A DNA stretch of 64,000 nucleotides, taken from assembly GCA_963701295.1 (NCBI GenBank), contig OY969585.1, positions 2,656,001 to 2,720,000 on the forward strand, read 5' to 3'. Position numbers and translations under genes: made by a program. The notes below the pieces were generated by a model that made no database searches, was not told the DNA's origin, and worked only from the letters and a program-made list of their open reading frames with translations. Positions 1 through 13,561 of the stretch are shown in pieces (position 1 is the stretch's first letter; each line of letters starts with the position of its first letter). The DNA is from Ignavibacteriota bacterium (GTDB taxonomy: Bacteria; Bacteroidota; Ignavibacteria; UBA10030).

Positions 1-2501
<2,501 letters not shown>

Positions 2502-2599
2502 GGGGAATCGGCATCGTTTCATGTATAGTGTGAGTGATATGTAGAAATTATTTTCGGCGTTCTGTCAGTGAAAGACAGAACGCTTTTTTGTCTTGAGAA

Positions 2600-3505
2600 A
2601 TGGAAGAAATTAAAACAAAATATAAAGCGGGGTATGTTGCAATTGTGGGTGAACCCAATGTGGGAAAATCCACGCTTCTCAATGCATTGCTGGATCAAAA
2701 GATTTCGATTGTAACGAACAAACCGCAGACAACGCGTCAGCGTGTTTTGGGCATTCTCAGTCGAGAAGATGTACAAATTATTTTTTTAGATACACCCGGA
2801 CTGCTTAAGCCAAAATATCTTCTGCACAAAGAAATGGTCAAGCATGCTGAAAGCGCTCTTGCAGATGCAGATATTATTCTTGTGATGATCGATGTATCGC
2901 GAAAGACGGACCTGCCGCAAGAAGTGAGTATGCGCGTTCTGCCACTGTGTAAGACCAAACCTGTATTTCTGGTTATAAACAAAGTAGACAAGGCAAACAA
3001 AGTAGAATTGCTGCCCATCATTCAAACATTTGCTCAGGAAAAACAATTCAAGGAAATTATTCCCATCTCCGCTCTCAAACGAGACAATCTTGATGCAATT
3101 CTAAGAATGATTATCCAATATTTACCAGAACACGAAGCATTCTATCCTAAAGATATTGTGAGCGAATATCCTGAACGCTTTTTTGTTGCAGAGTTTATCA
3201 GAGAAAAACTTTTCGAGAAGTTCCGGGAAGAAATTCCTTATTCCACTGCAGTAGAGATTCGTGATTTTAAGGAACGTGAAAAAGGCAAGACACTCATCAA
3301 TGCAGATATTATTGTAGAGCGTGATTCACAAAAAGGTATCGTCATAGGTAAAAAAGGAGAAGCACTCAAGGAAATCGGAACTGAGGCACGCAAAGAAATT
3401 GAGGACTTTTTGCAGCATGAAGTATTCCTTGAGCTTCATGTAAAGGTACGTGAAAAGTGGCGTGAAAATGAGACGATCATTCGTCAACTCGGTTATCACA
3501 GCTAA
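2600..3505 (+). CDS. era: GTPase Era
   Basis: GEPNVGKST, PQTTR, DTPG, NKVD, ISAL; KH domain VIGKKG. Confidence 0.97.
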   Translation: MEEIKTKYKAGYVAIVGEPNVGKSTLLNALLDQKISIVTNKPQTTRQRVLGILSREDVQIIFLDTPGLLKPKYLLHKEMVKHAESALADADIILVMIDVSRKTDLPQEVSMRVLPLCKTKPVFLVINKVDKANKVELLPIIQTFAQEKQFKEIIPISALKRDNLDAILRMIIQYLPEHEAFYPKDIVSEYPERFFVAEFIREKLFEKFREEIPYSTAVEIRDFKEREKGKTLINADIIVERDSQKGIVIGKKGEALKEIGTEARKEIEDFLQHEVFLELHVKVREKWRENETIIRQLGYHS

Positions 3506-3524
3506 GATTGAAAGAGTTGGACAG

Positions 3525-4436
3525 ATGTCGCTGCGTTTAAAAATCTATTCTGGCTTTCTTATCATTTGTCTTCTCTGGGGTTCATCCTGGGCAGCGGTGA
3601 AGCTCGGTCTTGAAACTGTTCCGCCATTTCTCTCTCTGGGAGTCAGGTTCTCTATCGCAAGTATTATTCTCGGACTGGTTATTCTCGTGCGGCGTTTAGA
3701 TGTTCCGACAGATAAAAAATTCTGGAAGCTAGTGTTGATTCTTTGTAGTACATCGTTCACCATTCCTTTTGTATTGATTTACTGGGCGCAAATCAAGGTG
3801 AACTCAGGACTTGCGTCTGTTCTCTTCGCTACGTTCCCATTTTGGGTTGCAATCCTTTCACATTTCTTTCTTCCCGATGAACGAATTACGTCTCAACGCA
3901 TCGTGGGAATGGTTCTTGGGTTCCTTGGAGTTATCGTCATCTTCAACAATGGTTTTTCAAGTGTGAGCAGTTCAACGTTTTTAGGTATGATTGCAATCAT
4001 CATTGGAGCAATCATTCAAGCATATGGATTGGTTGCTTTACGACGATTTGGCAAGCAAATGCATCCGGTCATGCTTAATTTTTGGCCGATATTATTGAGT
4101 TCAATCGTTCTGTTTGCCGTCAGTATTGGTAGTGAGGATTATTCCAGAGTTCTATTTGACATGAAGGCAGTAGGATCGATCGTCTATCTTTCCATTTTTT
4201 GCACAGTTGTTACATTTGTTATTTACTTTTGGTTGGTTAAGCACATCGAAGCAGTCATCCTCTCTCTCTCTGCATTCATCACTCCGGTGATAGCGGTATT
4301 CATCGGTGTTATTATGATGGGAGAAGGATTTACATCAACGGCATATATAGGCTCATCGATTGTTCTCATAGGCGTTGCAGTTGCGACCATTGGTGATCTC
4401 GTTGCTGTCTACCGCCGCAAAATGAGTGAAACATAA
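3525..4436 (+). CDS. EamA/DMT family transporter
   Basis: LLWGSSW N-terminal motif and about 10 hydrophobic segments in two repeats. Start chosen at ATG 3525, downstream of the era stop. Confidence 0.88.
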   Translation: MSLRLKIYSGFLIICLLWGSSWAAVKLGLETVPPFLSLGVRFSIASIILGLVILVRRLDVPTDKKFWKLVLILCSTSFTIPFVLIYWAQIKVNSGLASVLFATFPFWVAILSHFFLPDERITSQRIVGMVLGFLGVIVIFNNGFSSVSSSTFLGMIAIIIGAIIQAYGLVALRRFGKQMHPVMLNFWPILLSSIVLFAVSIGSEDYSRVLFDMKAVGSIVYLSIFCTVVTFVIYFWLVKHIEAVILSLSAFITPVIAVFIGVIMMGEGFTSTAYIGSSIVLIGVAVATIGDLVAVYRRKMSET

Positions 4437-4508
4437 AAAAGAATAATAGTCAAAGTTACACCTATGGTAGCAAAATAGTTTTTATAACATATGCGATGGT
4501 AATTGATA

Positions 4509-6398
4509 ATGAACCCAGTGAATGAAACAACATTCACACTCGCTGTAAAAGATCTTTCCTTAATCGAAAAGCTTGATGCTCTTCCAACCAGACCTGGTGT
4601 GTACCAATTCAAGAACAACGACGGAAAAGTTATTTATATAGGTAAAGCACAGAATTTGCGCAATCGAGTTCGCCAGTACTTCCACAAATCACGAGTAACT
4701 GACACGCGGATTGACGCAATGGTTGACAAAATTGTTGATGTAGAGCTTACTGTCACCGACAGCGAAATTGAAGCGCTTATTCTTGAAGCCAACCTTATCA
4801 AACAGCTGAAACCGCGTTATAATGTCGTACTCAAAGACGATAAGAGCTATCCCTATATCGCTCTTACGAAAGAATTGTATCCTCGTGTGTTTGTTACGAG
4901 AAGGAAAACTCCTGGATATCGTTACTTCGGACCATACACCGATGTGAAAGCGATGCGGAGTGCACTGAAAACTATACGCGATATATTTATGATTCGAAGC
5001 TGTAATTATGATCTCACGGAATCTTCTATTTCACAAAATAAATTCAAAATTTGTCTCGATTATCACATCAAAAAATGTGAAGGACCATGTGAAGGATATG
5101 TAACACGGGACCATTACAATGCATTGATCGATCAGGCGGCACAAGTGCTTCGCGGAAAGACTAAAAGCGTGACAGAAGTATTGAAGAAGGAAATGGTTAT
5201 GCTTGCGGAGCTGACAAAGTATGAAGAAGCTGCATCTGTACGTAACCGCATCAATGCACTCAAAGTGTATTCGGAGAGGCAGAAAATCGTCGATTCAACT
5301 GAAGCGGATCGGGATATTGTCGCACTTGTTTCCAAAGAGGATGATGCATGTGCTGTTATCTTTAAGGTTCGAGATGGAAAGATGATTGGTAGTCAACACA
5401 TCTATCTTTCTAATATTACCGGAAAATATTTTAGTGATCTCCTTGAAGTAGTTCTTGAACGGTACTACCTTGATCAAGAGGATATACCAACCGATTTGTT
5501 CTTATCTGATGAGCTGGAGAACAGAGATATCATTAAAGAATGGCTCCGGAAACAGAGCGGTCATGAGGTCAATGTTGAAATTCCAAAGTCAGGAGATAAG
5601 GCAAAACTTGTAGCACTTGTGCGCGCCAACGCGCAGTTTTGGTTAGATGAATTGGAATTGACAAAAATTAAACGTGGAGATATTCTCCCTCATTCGCTCG
5701 AAGCACTTCAAAGAGATCTTCGACTTCCTTTTCCCCCACGAAGAATCGAATGTTTCGATATATCAAATATCCAAGAAACAGATACCGTTGCCTCTATGGT
5801 GGTCTTTGTGGATGGCAAGCCGAAGAAAAGCGAATATCGGAAATTCAAAATACATTCCATCGAAGTACAAAATGATTTTGCGAGTATGCAGGAAGTAGTA
5901 ACGCATAGGTATGAGAAACTCCTTCGAGAAAACGAAGAACTTCCCAATTTGATTATGGTTGATGGAGGTAAAGGGCAACTCTCAAGTGCAGTGGAAGTAC
6001 TACATTCTTTAGGATTGAAAACTATACCAATACTTGGATTAGCGAAAAAACTTGAAGAGGTGTTCTTGCCCCGTCAGAGCGAACCTGTTCAGCTACCCCG
6101 AACATCATCTGGTCTGCGGCTTTTGCAGCAAATCAGAGACGAAGCACATCGTTTTGCCATAACATATCATAGAGTTGTGCGTTCAAAACGAATACTTCAG
6201 ACAGAGTTAGATTTGATCAAAGGCGTAGGAAAGAAGAGAGCGGGGGAATTGCTTGAAGTATTCGGTTCAGTACAAGGTGTAAAGTTTGCCACAGAGGAAC
6301 AACTTGCAGAAATTGTTGGCGAAGCAGTCGCAAAGAGGATTTTAGAATATTTCGATCTTGCGGAAAAAGGAAAAACAGTGAATGGAACTTTATCATAA
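4509..6398 (+). CDS. uvrC: Excinuclease ABC subunit C
   Basis: GIY-YIG (PGVYQF...YIGKAQNLRNRV), RIECFDISN, DGGKGQL, RDEAHRFA, C-terminal HhH. Confidence 0.97.
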   Translation: MNPVNETTFTLAVKDLSLIEKLDALPTRPGVYQFKNNDGKVIYIGKAQNLRNRVRQYFHKSRVTDTRIDAMVDKIVDVELTVTDSEIEALILEANLIKQLKPRYNVVLKDDKSYPYIALTKELYPRVFVTRRKTPGYRYFGPYTDVKAMRSALKTIRDIFMIRSCNYDLTESSISQNKFKICLDYHIKKCEGPCEGYVTRDHYNALIDQAAQVLRGKTKSVTEVLKKEMVMLAELTKYEEAASVRNRINALKVYSERQKIVDSTEADRDIVALVSKEDDACAVIFKVRDGKMIGSQHIYLSNITGKYFSDLLEVVLERYYLDQEDIPTDLFLSDELENRDIIKEWLRKQSGHEVNVEIPKSGDKAKLVALVRANAQFWLDELELTKIKRGDILPHSLEALQRDLRLPFPPRRIECFDISNIQETDTVASMVVFVDGKPKKSEYRKFKIHSIEVQNDFASMQEVVTHRYEKLLRENEELPNLIMVDGGKGQLSSAVEVLHSLGLKTIPILGLAKKLEEVFLPRQSEPVQLPRTSSGLRLLQQIRDEAHRFAITYHRVVRSKRILQTELDLIKGVGKKRAGELLEVFGSVQGVKFATEEQLAEIVGEAVAKRILEYFDLAEKGKTVNGTLS

Positions 6399-6453
6399 GC
6401 GCGATGAATCATAAATTGCGAATCGAATGAAATAATTGTAAGTTACCACTAGT

Positions 6454-8286
6454 ATGAGTCCATTAAAGACTTTTCTTCGTCTTCTGAAATATTTCCTTAA
6501 GTATAAATGGCGGATTGCAGCCGGTCTTATATCTGTCGCCATCATGAGTTCTTCGGATACAGCGTCGGCATATTTAATTGCGCGACTTTTCGAAACCCTC
6601 CAAACCATTGGTCAACAAGTGCGATCAGGCCAAGAGATTCTCGTACCTATCCCTTTGAAAGTGTTTGATCATCTCATTTATTCCTTCACTGTTCATGGAA
6701 AAGATGAAAGTTTTCAACTTATTTACAGATTTGCTGTTGTCGTTATCGTTATTATTCTTGTAAAGGTGACTTTTGTCTACATTCGCGAATATGTCATGAG
6801 TTCTGTTCAGCAAAAGATATTAGTGCGATTCCGCGTTGATCTCTTCGATCGAATCATTGCTTTACCTATCCGTTATTTTGATGAGAATAAGACGGGCTAT
6901 ATTATGTCGCGCATTACGAATGATGTGAACAATCTCGAGCAATCATTAAATCTCATCATTGAAATCGCTCAAAACCTCGTCTATACATGCGTTTTCGCCA
7001 CTGCGCTTTTTTTCACAAATTGGAAATTGACTGTTGTCACGATAATTATATTCGCGCTTTCTGGAGAAATATCGCGAAAATTTGGTGATCAAATTCGGAA
7101 GCACAGTCATGATCTTACAAATACTCTTGCAGATATTTCGGCATTTTTGCAGGAGCGAATAGCAGCAATACGAATCGTTAAATCATTCACACGAGAAGAG
7201 GAAGAGAAGAGGGTATTCCGAAACAAAGTTGGTAGCAACTATCATTTTTCGATGAAGATTGTACGTGTTATTGCACTCTTAAGTCCAACCAATGAACTGT
7301 TCAATACAACTGCTGCATCATTGCTCGTAATCTTTTCTGGGTACCTTTTTATCACCGGAACGATGACAATAGAAACGATGATCTTTTTTCTTATTCTCAT
7401 GATCAATTTAGCGAAACCGGTGAAAGCATTGGGCGAGAGTGCGGCACGGATTCAAAAGACACTCGTTTCTGCGGGTTATATTTTTGAAATCCTTGATCTG
7501 CCGAAAGAAATGAACCAGAAGTGTGCTCTTTCAATCATCATCACAGAAGGTAAGGTTGAATTTCGAAACGTGTCATTCGCTTATACAGGAGACATTCAAG
7601 CGCTCAAAGAGGTGAATCTGAGTGTTGCTTCAGGTGAAAAAGTTGCACTTGTGGGACCGAGCGGCGGAGGGAAAAGTACATTGGTCAACTTGATCCCACG
7701 GTTCTATGAATTGTCTGAAGGTGCTATCTTTGTTGATGGGATGAATATTCAAGATATCGATCTCTTCGCGCTGAGAAGTCAAATTGCCGTTGTACCGCAA
7801 GATGTCATACTATTTTCGGGTACAATCTTTGAGAATATTCATTATGGCAGACTCGAAGCACAGCACAATGAAGTTATTGAAGCGGCGATGGCTGCCAATG
7901 CACATGTGTTTATCGAGAAACTAGAAAAGGGTTACTATACTGAAGTAGGTGAACGAGGACTTCAACTTTCGGGCGGTCAGAGGCAAAGGATTGCGATTGC
8001 TCGTGCGATTCTTCGTAATCCAAGAATCCTCTTATTGGATGAAGCGACATCTGCACTCGATACTGAGTCCGAACTCATGGTACAAGAAGCACTTGATCGG
8101 CTTATGGAAGGAAGAACTTCGTTCATTATTGCCCATCGGTTATCAACGATTGCACATTGTGACCGCATTGTTGTCATTGATTCGGGCCGGATCGTGGAAG
8201 TCGGAACACATGATGAGCTTCTCAGAATAGAAAGCGGATTGTACCGGCGTTTGCATTCTCTTCAATTTGCCGACAATTCCGCTTGA
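6454..8286 (+). CDS. MsbA-like ABC exporter (TMD+NBD), probable lipid A/LPS flippase
   Basis: TM domain, Walker A GPSGGGKST, LSGGQRQRIAIAR, LLLDEATSALD, IAHRLST. Lies upstream of GT9 and ligase genes. Confidence 0.85.
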   Translation: MSPLKTFLRLLKYFLKYKWRIAAGLISVAIMSSSDTASAYLIARLFETLQTIGQQVRSGQEILVPIPLKVFDHLIYSFTVHGKDESFQLIYRFAVVVIVIILVKVTFVYIREYVMSSVQQKILVRFRVDLFDRIIALPIRYFDENKTGYIMSRITNDVNNLEQSLNLIIEIAQNLVYTCVFATALFFTNWKLTVVTIIIFALSGEISRKFGDQIRKHSHDLTNTLADISAFLQERIAAIRIVKSFTREEEEKRVFRNKVGSNYHFSMKIVRVIALLSPTNELFNTTAASLLVIFSGYLFITGTMTIETMIFFLILMINLAKPVKALGESAARIQKTLVSAGYIFEILDLPKEMNQKCALSIIITEGKVEFRNVSFAYTGDIQALKEVNLSVASGEKVALVGPSGGGKSTLVNLIPRFYELSEGAIFVDGMNIQDIDLFALRSQIAVVPQDVILFSGTIFENIHYGRLEAQHNEVIEAAMAANAHVFIEKLEKGYYTEVGERGLQLSGGQRQRIAIARAILRNPRILLLDEATSALDTESELMVQEALDRLMEGRTSFIIAHRLSTIAHCDRIVVIDSGRIVEVGTHDELLRIESGLYRRLHSLQFADNSA

Positions 8287-9395
8287 TGAAAGATCCAATT
8301 TCAAAACGTATCGAACTCTGGTTTCGCAGGCTGATGATTCAATTGCTTGGGCGATTCTTCCAACGAAAGAATACTCTTCAAAGCAATATTGATTTTAATA
8401 CTTGCAAGTTTCTTTTTATGCGTCAGGACAGGATCGGCGACGTTCTGATTTCGACGCCTTTGTTTGGAGTTCTCAAAAAACATTATCCCCTCGCGATAGT
8501 AGACGTGCTCCTCAGTGAAAGCAATCATTTTGTTCTGGAACATAACCCACTGATTCGTAAACGTTGGATGTACAGAAAGAATATAGGAAAAATCATTTCC
8601 TTAATTCGAGCACTGAGAAACGAATCCTATGACTTCATTATCGATCTAATGGATAATCCCTCGACTACTTCAACTATTCTCTGTTTATTCATCAACGCAA
8701 AATGGAATGTGGGAGTTGACAAGGAAAATAGGTTTGTTTATGATATTATCGTGCCTATGCTTTCGCGCCGTGAGACACATATTATCGATAGGATTGCACA
8801 ATTGCTGATCCCTTTTCACATTGATCCTCGTGCAGAAATATTCGATGTTCGGTACTATACATCCTTTGAGTCTGAGGAATTCGTCGATCGTTTTTTGCGG
8901 CAAAACAACATGGTTTCTCATCCAATCATCGGTGTTAATATTTCTGCCGGCGGTAATGTACGATTTTGGGGTGTCAAGAATTTCAAAGAACTTCTGAATC
9001 ACTTACGAAACATGTATCCAGAATATAAGTTATTGTTACTCTATCAACCATCTGACGAGCAGCGTGCCCACTTGATAGCCGAATCTAATCAAAGTGTGAT
9101 ACTCTCACCTGTAACATCATCATTTGATCAATTCGCTGCATTCGTTAAACGATTGTCAATCTTAGTTACTCCAGATACAGCTGCTGTACATTTAGCATCT
9201 GCCTTCAAAGTCAGAACTGTTGTACTTTATATCCAATCAAACAAAGCGTTACGCATCTGGGAACCCTATAGGACTGACTATGAATGTATCGTAACAGATG
9301 TAGATGATCTATCGATGATTCCAGTCACACAAGTTCAAGATGCTTTGGGAAGACTTATTCGACGGCCTCATAAGAAAACTGAAATAGGTGTATAA
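8283..9395 (+). CDS. Glycosyltransferase family 9 (heptosyltransferase-like)
   Basis: RQDRIGDVLISTP and VTPDTAAVHLASA motifs. Confidence 0.9.
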   Translation: MMKDPISKRIELWFRRLMIQLLGRFFQRKNTLQSNIDFNTCKFLFMRQDRIGDVLISTPLFGVLKKHYPLAIVDVLLSESNHFVLEHNPLIRKRWMYRKNIGKIISLIRALRNESYDFIIDLMDNPSTTSTILCLFINAKWNVGVDKENRFVYDIIVPMLSRRETHIIDRIAQLLIPFHIDPRAEIFDVRYYTSFESEEFVDRFLRQNNMVSHPIIGVNISAGGNVRFWGVKNFKELLNHLRNMYPEYKLLLLYQPSDEQRAHLIAESNQSVILSPVTSSFDQFAAFVKRLSILVTPDTAAVHLASAFKVRTVVLYIQSNKALRIWEPYRTDYECIVTDVDDLSMIPVTQVQDALGRLIRRPHKKTEIGV

Positions 9396-9405
9396 GAATT
9401 AAAAC

Positions 9406-10569
9406 ATGAAAATGATCATAAAATTGGAATATTGGTGGAGACATCACATTGTCTATCCAGTCCTTCGAGGGATATTCCGTAACCCCGAAAAAAATATCCC
9501 TATTGATATCCAATCGATTAAGAGCATTCTCATTTTACGATATGACCGAATTGGAGATATGATTGTCACAACACCTATCTTCAAGAGTTTGAAAGATGTA
9601 AATCCTCATCTTCGAATCGGTGTCTTGGCGAGTCGGGCAAATGCTGAGATTATACGTCACAATCCTTATGTTGACAAAATCCATATTCTGTCAAAGCATT
9701 GGTGGCAGTTCTGGTGGGAAATCATCCAGGCACGGAAAGAGCAGTATAATGTTGTTCTTAATCTTGTTTTCAATAGAACAACGAGTGGAGGAGTTCTCGC
9801 TAATCTGGTTGCACCCGATGGAATAAAGATAGGGCAGGGGGATATAAAATACAGATTCTATTTCAACATCCTCCTCAAACTCAGTCGTCACAGTGATCAT
9901 ATGGTTGAAACTCTTGTATCGATCATCAAAATGGTGTTCAATGTCCATCTACACCTGGATCAATTAACATATGATATCATCATTGATCATAAGACAAGAG
10001 AGGTTATCCAAGCTTATTGGAAGAAACACAATCTTCAACCTCGTTTTCTTTCCTGGAACATAGGAATGCCCTATATTGTATTCAATCTTTCCGCTAATGA
10101 TTCGGTAAGAAAAATATCAGCTGAACAAGCTTTCTTGATCGGAGAATATCTTAGTTCGAATGCGTCATTTCAAACACTTCTTCTTCATGCTCCGAAGGAT
10201 TCGATTATGACAAAAACGAAGCAACTCCTTGTAGAGAAAACACGCTGTTTACCGTTTCCAGAACAAGGGACTGCTTCTTTGCTTGAAATCGCTGCACTAA
10301 TCAAAGGTGCAGCGGCTGTCATAACACCAGACACATCCATCGTCCACTTCGCATCGGCTGCCCAAACCCCTATCATCGGATTCTATACAAGCATGCAAGA
10401 TGTACACGAATGGCTGCCGTTTCAGGTAAAATATAAGATTGTTTTATCTGATAAAAATCAGGCGACATTTTCGATACCTTTTCAGGATATGAAGGTGGCA
10501 TTGCAAGAATTTATTTCATCGTTGCAATTGAAGAATATAAATATTTTACAGTCACGAGAAGAAGTCTAA
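9406..10569 (+). CDS. Glycosyltransferase family 9 (heptosyltransferase-like)
   Basis: RYDRIGDMIVTTP and ITPDTSIVHFASA motifs; paralogue of the preceding gene. Confidence 0.9.
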   Translation: MKMIIKLEYWWRHHIVYPVLRGIFRNPEKNIPIDIQSIKSILILRYDRIGDMIVTTPIFKSLKDVNPHLRIGVLASRANAEIIRHNPYVDKIHILSKHWWQFWWEIIQARKEQYNVVLNLVFNRTTSGGVLANLVAPDGIKIGQGDIKYRFYFNILLKLSRHSDHMVETLVSIIKMVFNVHLHLDQLTYDIIIDHKTREVIQAYWKKHNLQPRFLSWNIGMPYIVFNLSANDSVRKISAEQAFLIGEYLSSNASFQTLLLHAPKDSIMTKTKQLLVEKTRCLPFPEQGTASLLEIAALIKGAAAVITPDTSIVHFASAAQTPIIGFYTSMQDVHEWLPFQVKYKIVLSDKNQATFSIPFQDMKVALQEFISSLQLKNINILQSREEV

Positions 10570-10573
10570 TGGT

Positions 10574-11797
10574 ATGAAATCTCCTTTTTCTATTGTTAGA
10601 AATTATTTTAAGGGCATACAACTGACACCGAATGACAAACTACCCATTCTCTGTTTTCACTTGTGTGCTCTTTTTATTATTCTCTCAATTGTGTTAGCAC
10701 AATTGTTTTCGTATCTCATCATCATTCTTGCAATGATTCAATTCATACAAAATCCAAAAAGAGTGAAAACACCATTTGATATTCCTTTTCTTCTATTTAT
10801 TGTCGTCAGAATATTTTCTGTTCTTTTTTCTACTGATATATTTATCAGTCTGCGTACCTTACACACAGAAATACCTTACTATGTTTTATTCTATGCACTT
10901 ACACAGCAGAGATCATTCATGCAAGAACGGTTGGTGCAATCTCTCTTGTGGATGTTCATTTTCGGGGCTGTCATCGGCTCTTGTTATGGAATAATGTCCG
11001 TTTTGTTGGGAATACAGGAGAGGGCGGCATCACTTACTTCAGGTTATTATACTTTTGGTTCATTCCTTACGGCGATCTTGGCAGTAATTTTGATATTGGG
11101 AAAATCGAAAATGTTCGATAAGAAACGATGGATTTGGTATGGTCTTATCATTGTCATTGCTACAGGACTCATTTTGACGCTGAATAGAATTCATTGGGGA
11201 ATTATGATTATTCTTCTTATTGGTATAGGAATTATCCAAGAAAGGAAGCTTTTGATAGCCATGATATTCTTGTTCGGATTTATGTTGTTATTTTCACCAT
11301 CGATCAGTAGGCGACTTGATCAGGTCATACATTTTAGCGAAAACCTCAGTGGGAGAGATGTTCTGTGGAAAGGTGCTTCGATGGTCTGGTTTAACCATCC
11401 TATACTCGGATATGGACCTGGTACTTTTACAGAAGTATTTCCAATTCATAACGATCTCAAGGATGCCAAAGTCGGAGGATGGCATAATGATTACATCCAA
11501 GTGAGCATAGAAAGCGGACTTCTCGGTCTGATGTCCTTTCTTTGGCTTCTCTACACAATCTATAGCAAAGCATTCATCAAATTGCGGAGAATGAGAGGGG
11601 ATAAAGAAAAAAAGAGAATACTGTTTGCACTCTTAGTAGGGATGAGCACAATTTTTATCTCTTCATTGACAGGAAGTGGATTTCTTGACATGCTGATTCG
11701 AATGATGTTTGTATTCCTTTTGGCGATGACAGCGTTCATGATGCAAATAGAAGAAGGTGTTACAGGTAATGCGCATGAGAATGCTGCTGTAATTTAA
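10574..11797 (+). CDS. O-antigen ligase family (WaaL-like) membrane protein
   Basis: Polytopic membrane protein with Wzy_C-type R..LW...HPILGYG and HNDYIQ..E.GLLG motifs. Confidence 0.85.
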   Translation: MKSPFSIVRNYFKGIQLTPNDKLPILCFHLCALFIILSIVLAQLFSYLIIILAMIQFIQNPKRVKTPFDIPFLLFIVVRIFSVLFSTDIFISLRTLHTEIPYYVLFYALTQQRSFMQERLVQSLLWMFIFGAVIGSCYGIMSVLLGIQERAASLTSGYYTFGSFLTAILAVILILGKSKMFDKKRWIWYGLIIVIATGLILTLNRIHWGIMIILLIGIGIIQERKLLIAMIFLFGFMLLFSPSISRRLDQVIHFSENLSGRDVLWKGASMVWFNHPILGYGPGTFTEVFPIHNDLKDAKVGGWHNDYIQVSIESGLLGLMSFLWLLYTIYSKAFIKLRRMRGDKEKKRILFALLVGMSTIFISSLTGSGFLDMLIRMMFVFLLAMTAFMMQIEEGVTGNAHENAAVI

Positions 11798-12657
11798 ATT
11801 AGTTCATAGTTTTTATATTCTCCGATTCTCCATCCGCATCGCACTTCAATCAGATCAAGCAGTTTTTCCTTTAATGTCTGCTGTACTTTATTGTGTTCAT
11901 AACGAAAATGCCAATTCTGTTTGTGTACACGTTCACTCATCGCTGAAGGATGTATCCCTTCAAACAATTTTAGTTTTCCACCTTGACAATAATCGTATTC
12001 AACTATCTCGCCGATATGTTGATTCACCCACTCGTCTGAGTGCCAAAGTTTGTTGAAATATTTTTGTTTTAACTGCTGAATATCTGGAGGTTTCACCCAT
12101 CCATAGTGATAGACCGTCGCGTCTATCAGCTTTACGCGAAGCTTCCGTCCATCAATCCTAAATCCTTGGGCATCTCCCCACGAACGCACTTTGCTCGATG
12201 GTCGCACAACTCGAATTTCTCTTCGATACCAGCGCCGGGAATCACCGAGGTACTTGTAACTACCGTAAAAATGCTTGTAGTGAAAAAGTAATCCTTCCAC
12301 TTTGTTCATGTTCTGGTAGAGAGTCATTGCATCCTCAATGGTTGGGTAATCTTTTTCGTGCAGCACTTCATCTGCTTGAAGATAAAGAGCCCAATCGCCG
12401 GCGACTTGATCAAGTGCAAGGTTTGTTTGTTGGGAAAGAATTGCCCCGCTTGTACGGAGAGAATCATCCCATACCGTTTCAAGTATTCGGACTTTGGAAG
12501 ATTGAAGAGATTTGATTTGTTCCAGAGTGTTATCATCCGACCGACCAACGGCGACAATCACTTCATCGCATAACGGAAGGAGAGAATTAATGGATTCAAG
12601 AAAAGGATAATCGTAGATCACACCATTACAAACGAATGTGAACCCAACGATCTTCAT
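11794..12657 (-). CDS. Glycosyltransferase family 2 protein
   Basis: GFTFVCNG..YDYP, LQADE (DxD-like), YHYGWV; GT2 type common in the FCB group. Confidence 0.8.
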   Translation of the reverse strand: MKIVGFTFVCNGVIYDYPFLESINSLLPLCDEVIVAVGRSDDNTLEQIKSLQSSKVRILETVWDDSLRTSGAILSQQTNLALDQVAGDWALYLQADEVLHEKDYPTIEDAMTLYQNMNKVEGLLFHYKHFYGSYKYLGDSRRWYRREIRVVRPSSKVRSWGDAQGFRIDGRKLRVKLIDATVYHYGWVKPPDIQQLKQKYFNKLWHSDEWVNQHIGEIVEYDYCQGGKLKLFEGIHPSAMSERVHKQNWHFRYEHNKVQQTLKEKLLDLIEVRCGWRIGEYKNYELI

Positions 12658-12670
12658 TGCTCACGTTCCA

Positions 12671-13561
12671 TCAGAGAATGAACCCTATAGAAATAATATG
12701 AGCTGTTCCCATTTGTGATGAAGAGGGAAGAAAAGCGTAATCGATCATGGCTATACTATATCGTAGTCCAACACCGGCAGAGAAACTGCGATACTCATAC
12801 CCTGTTTCATAACCGAAACGAACTGTCATTGCGTCATTGTATGTGGCTTCAGTACCTATACTAATATGACGAACAGATATGCCTAATTCAGAAGAAAAAG
12901 CTGCAGCGGTTCGGAAAGAGACTACATCCAAAGAGAATGAATATGTTCCGCCGAATCGAAGCTGAGAAGGCAAATCTGTTCGTTCGTTTCGGAATGCAGA
13001 AAGAGAACCCAAATTCGTTAGCGCAAATCCAAGAGTGAGCCCCTCAACAGATGGAGCATACAGTGTGCCTATGTCAATTCCCCATCCAGTCGATTCATCT
13101 ATAAAGATTTTTTCATAGATGTACTTTGGAGTGATGCCAAGGCTAATGGTTTCTGTTACTTTGATACCATACGTTAACTGGAAGGATGTGGATTGAGTGT
13201 TGAATGTCCCGATCGGGGGACCAGGGATCGTACGTAATTCGAGCCCATCTACGCTTGTATTCGCTATAGAAAGAGCTAGTGAACCATATCGAAATGGTGC
13301 TGCAATAGATAAAAAGTCTGTACGAACATCTTGGATCCATTCTGTGTGAGAGAACATTATTCCATACGATTCGCATGAAGCGCTATTTGCTGGATTGATT
13401 AAGATAGATTGAAGCGCTGTAGGATCAGCAATAAAGGATTCACCTGTGGCTCCAATGAAAGGAGTTGTCGGTAACTTTAAACTCGCAACACCACGGGAAG
13501 TTCCTTGAGAGAGAACAATCGTTGGAAAAAGAATGAATGCTAAAAGAATTTTTGGCTTCAT
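12671..13561 (-). CDS. PorV/PorQ-family outer-membrane beta-barrel
   Basis: Signal peptide, NPA motif, amphipathic beta-strands, DYAF...H.IS.GF C-terminus. Confidence 0.7.
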   Translation of the reverse strand: MKPKILLAFILFPTIVLSQGTSRGVASLKLPTTPFIGATGESFIADPTALQSILINPANSASCESYGIMFSHTEWIQDVRTDFLSIAAPFRYGSLALSIANTSVDGLELRTIPGPPIGTFNTQSTSFQLTYGIKVTETISLGITPKYIYEKIFIDESTGWGIDIGTLYAPSVEGLTLGFALTNLGSLSAFRNERTDLPSQLRFGGTYSFSLDVVSFRTAAAFSSELGISVRHISIGTEATYNDAMTVRFGYETGYEYRSFSAGVGLRYSIAMIDYAFLPSSSQMGTAHIISIGFIL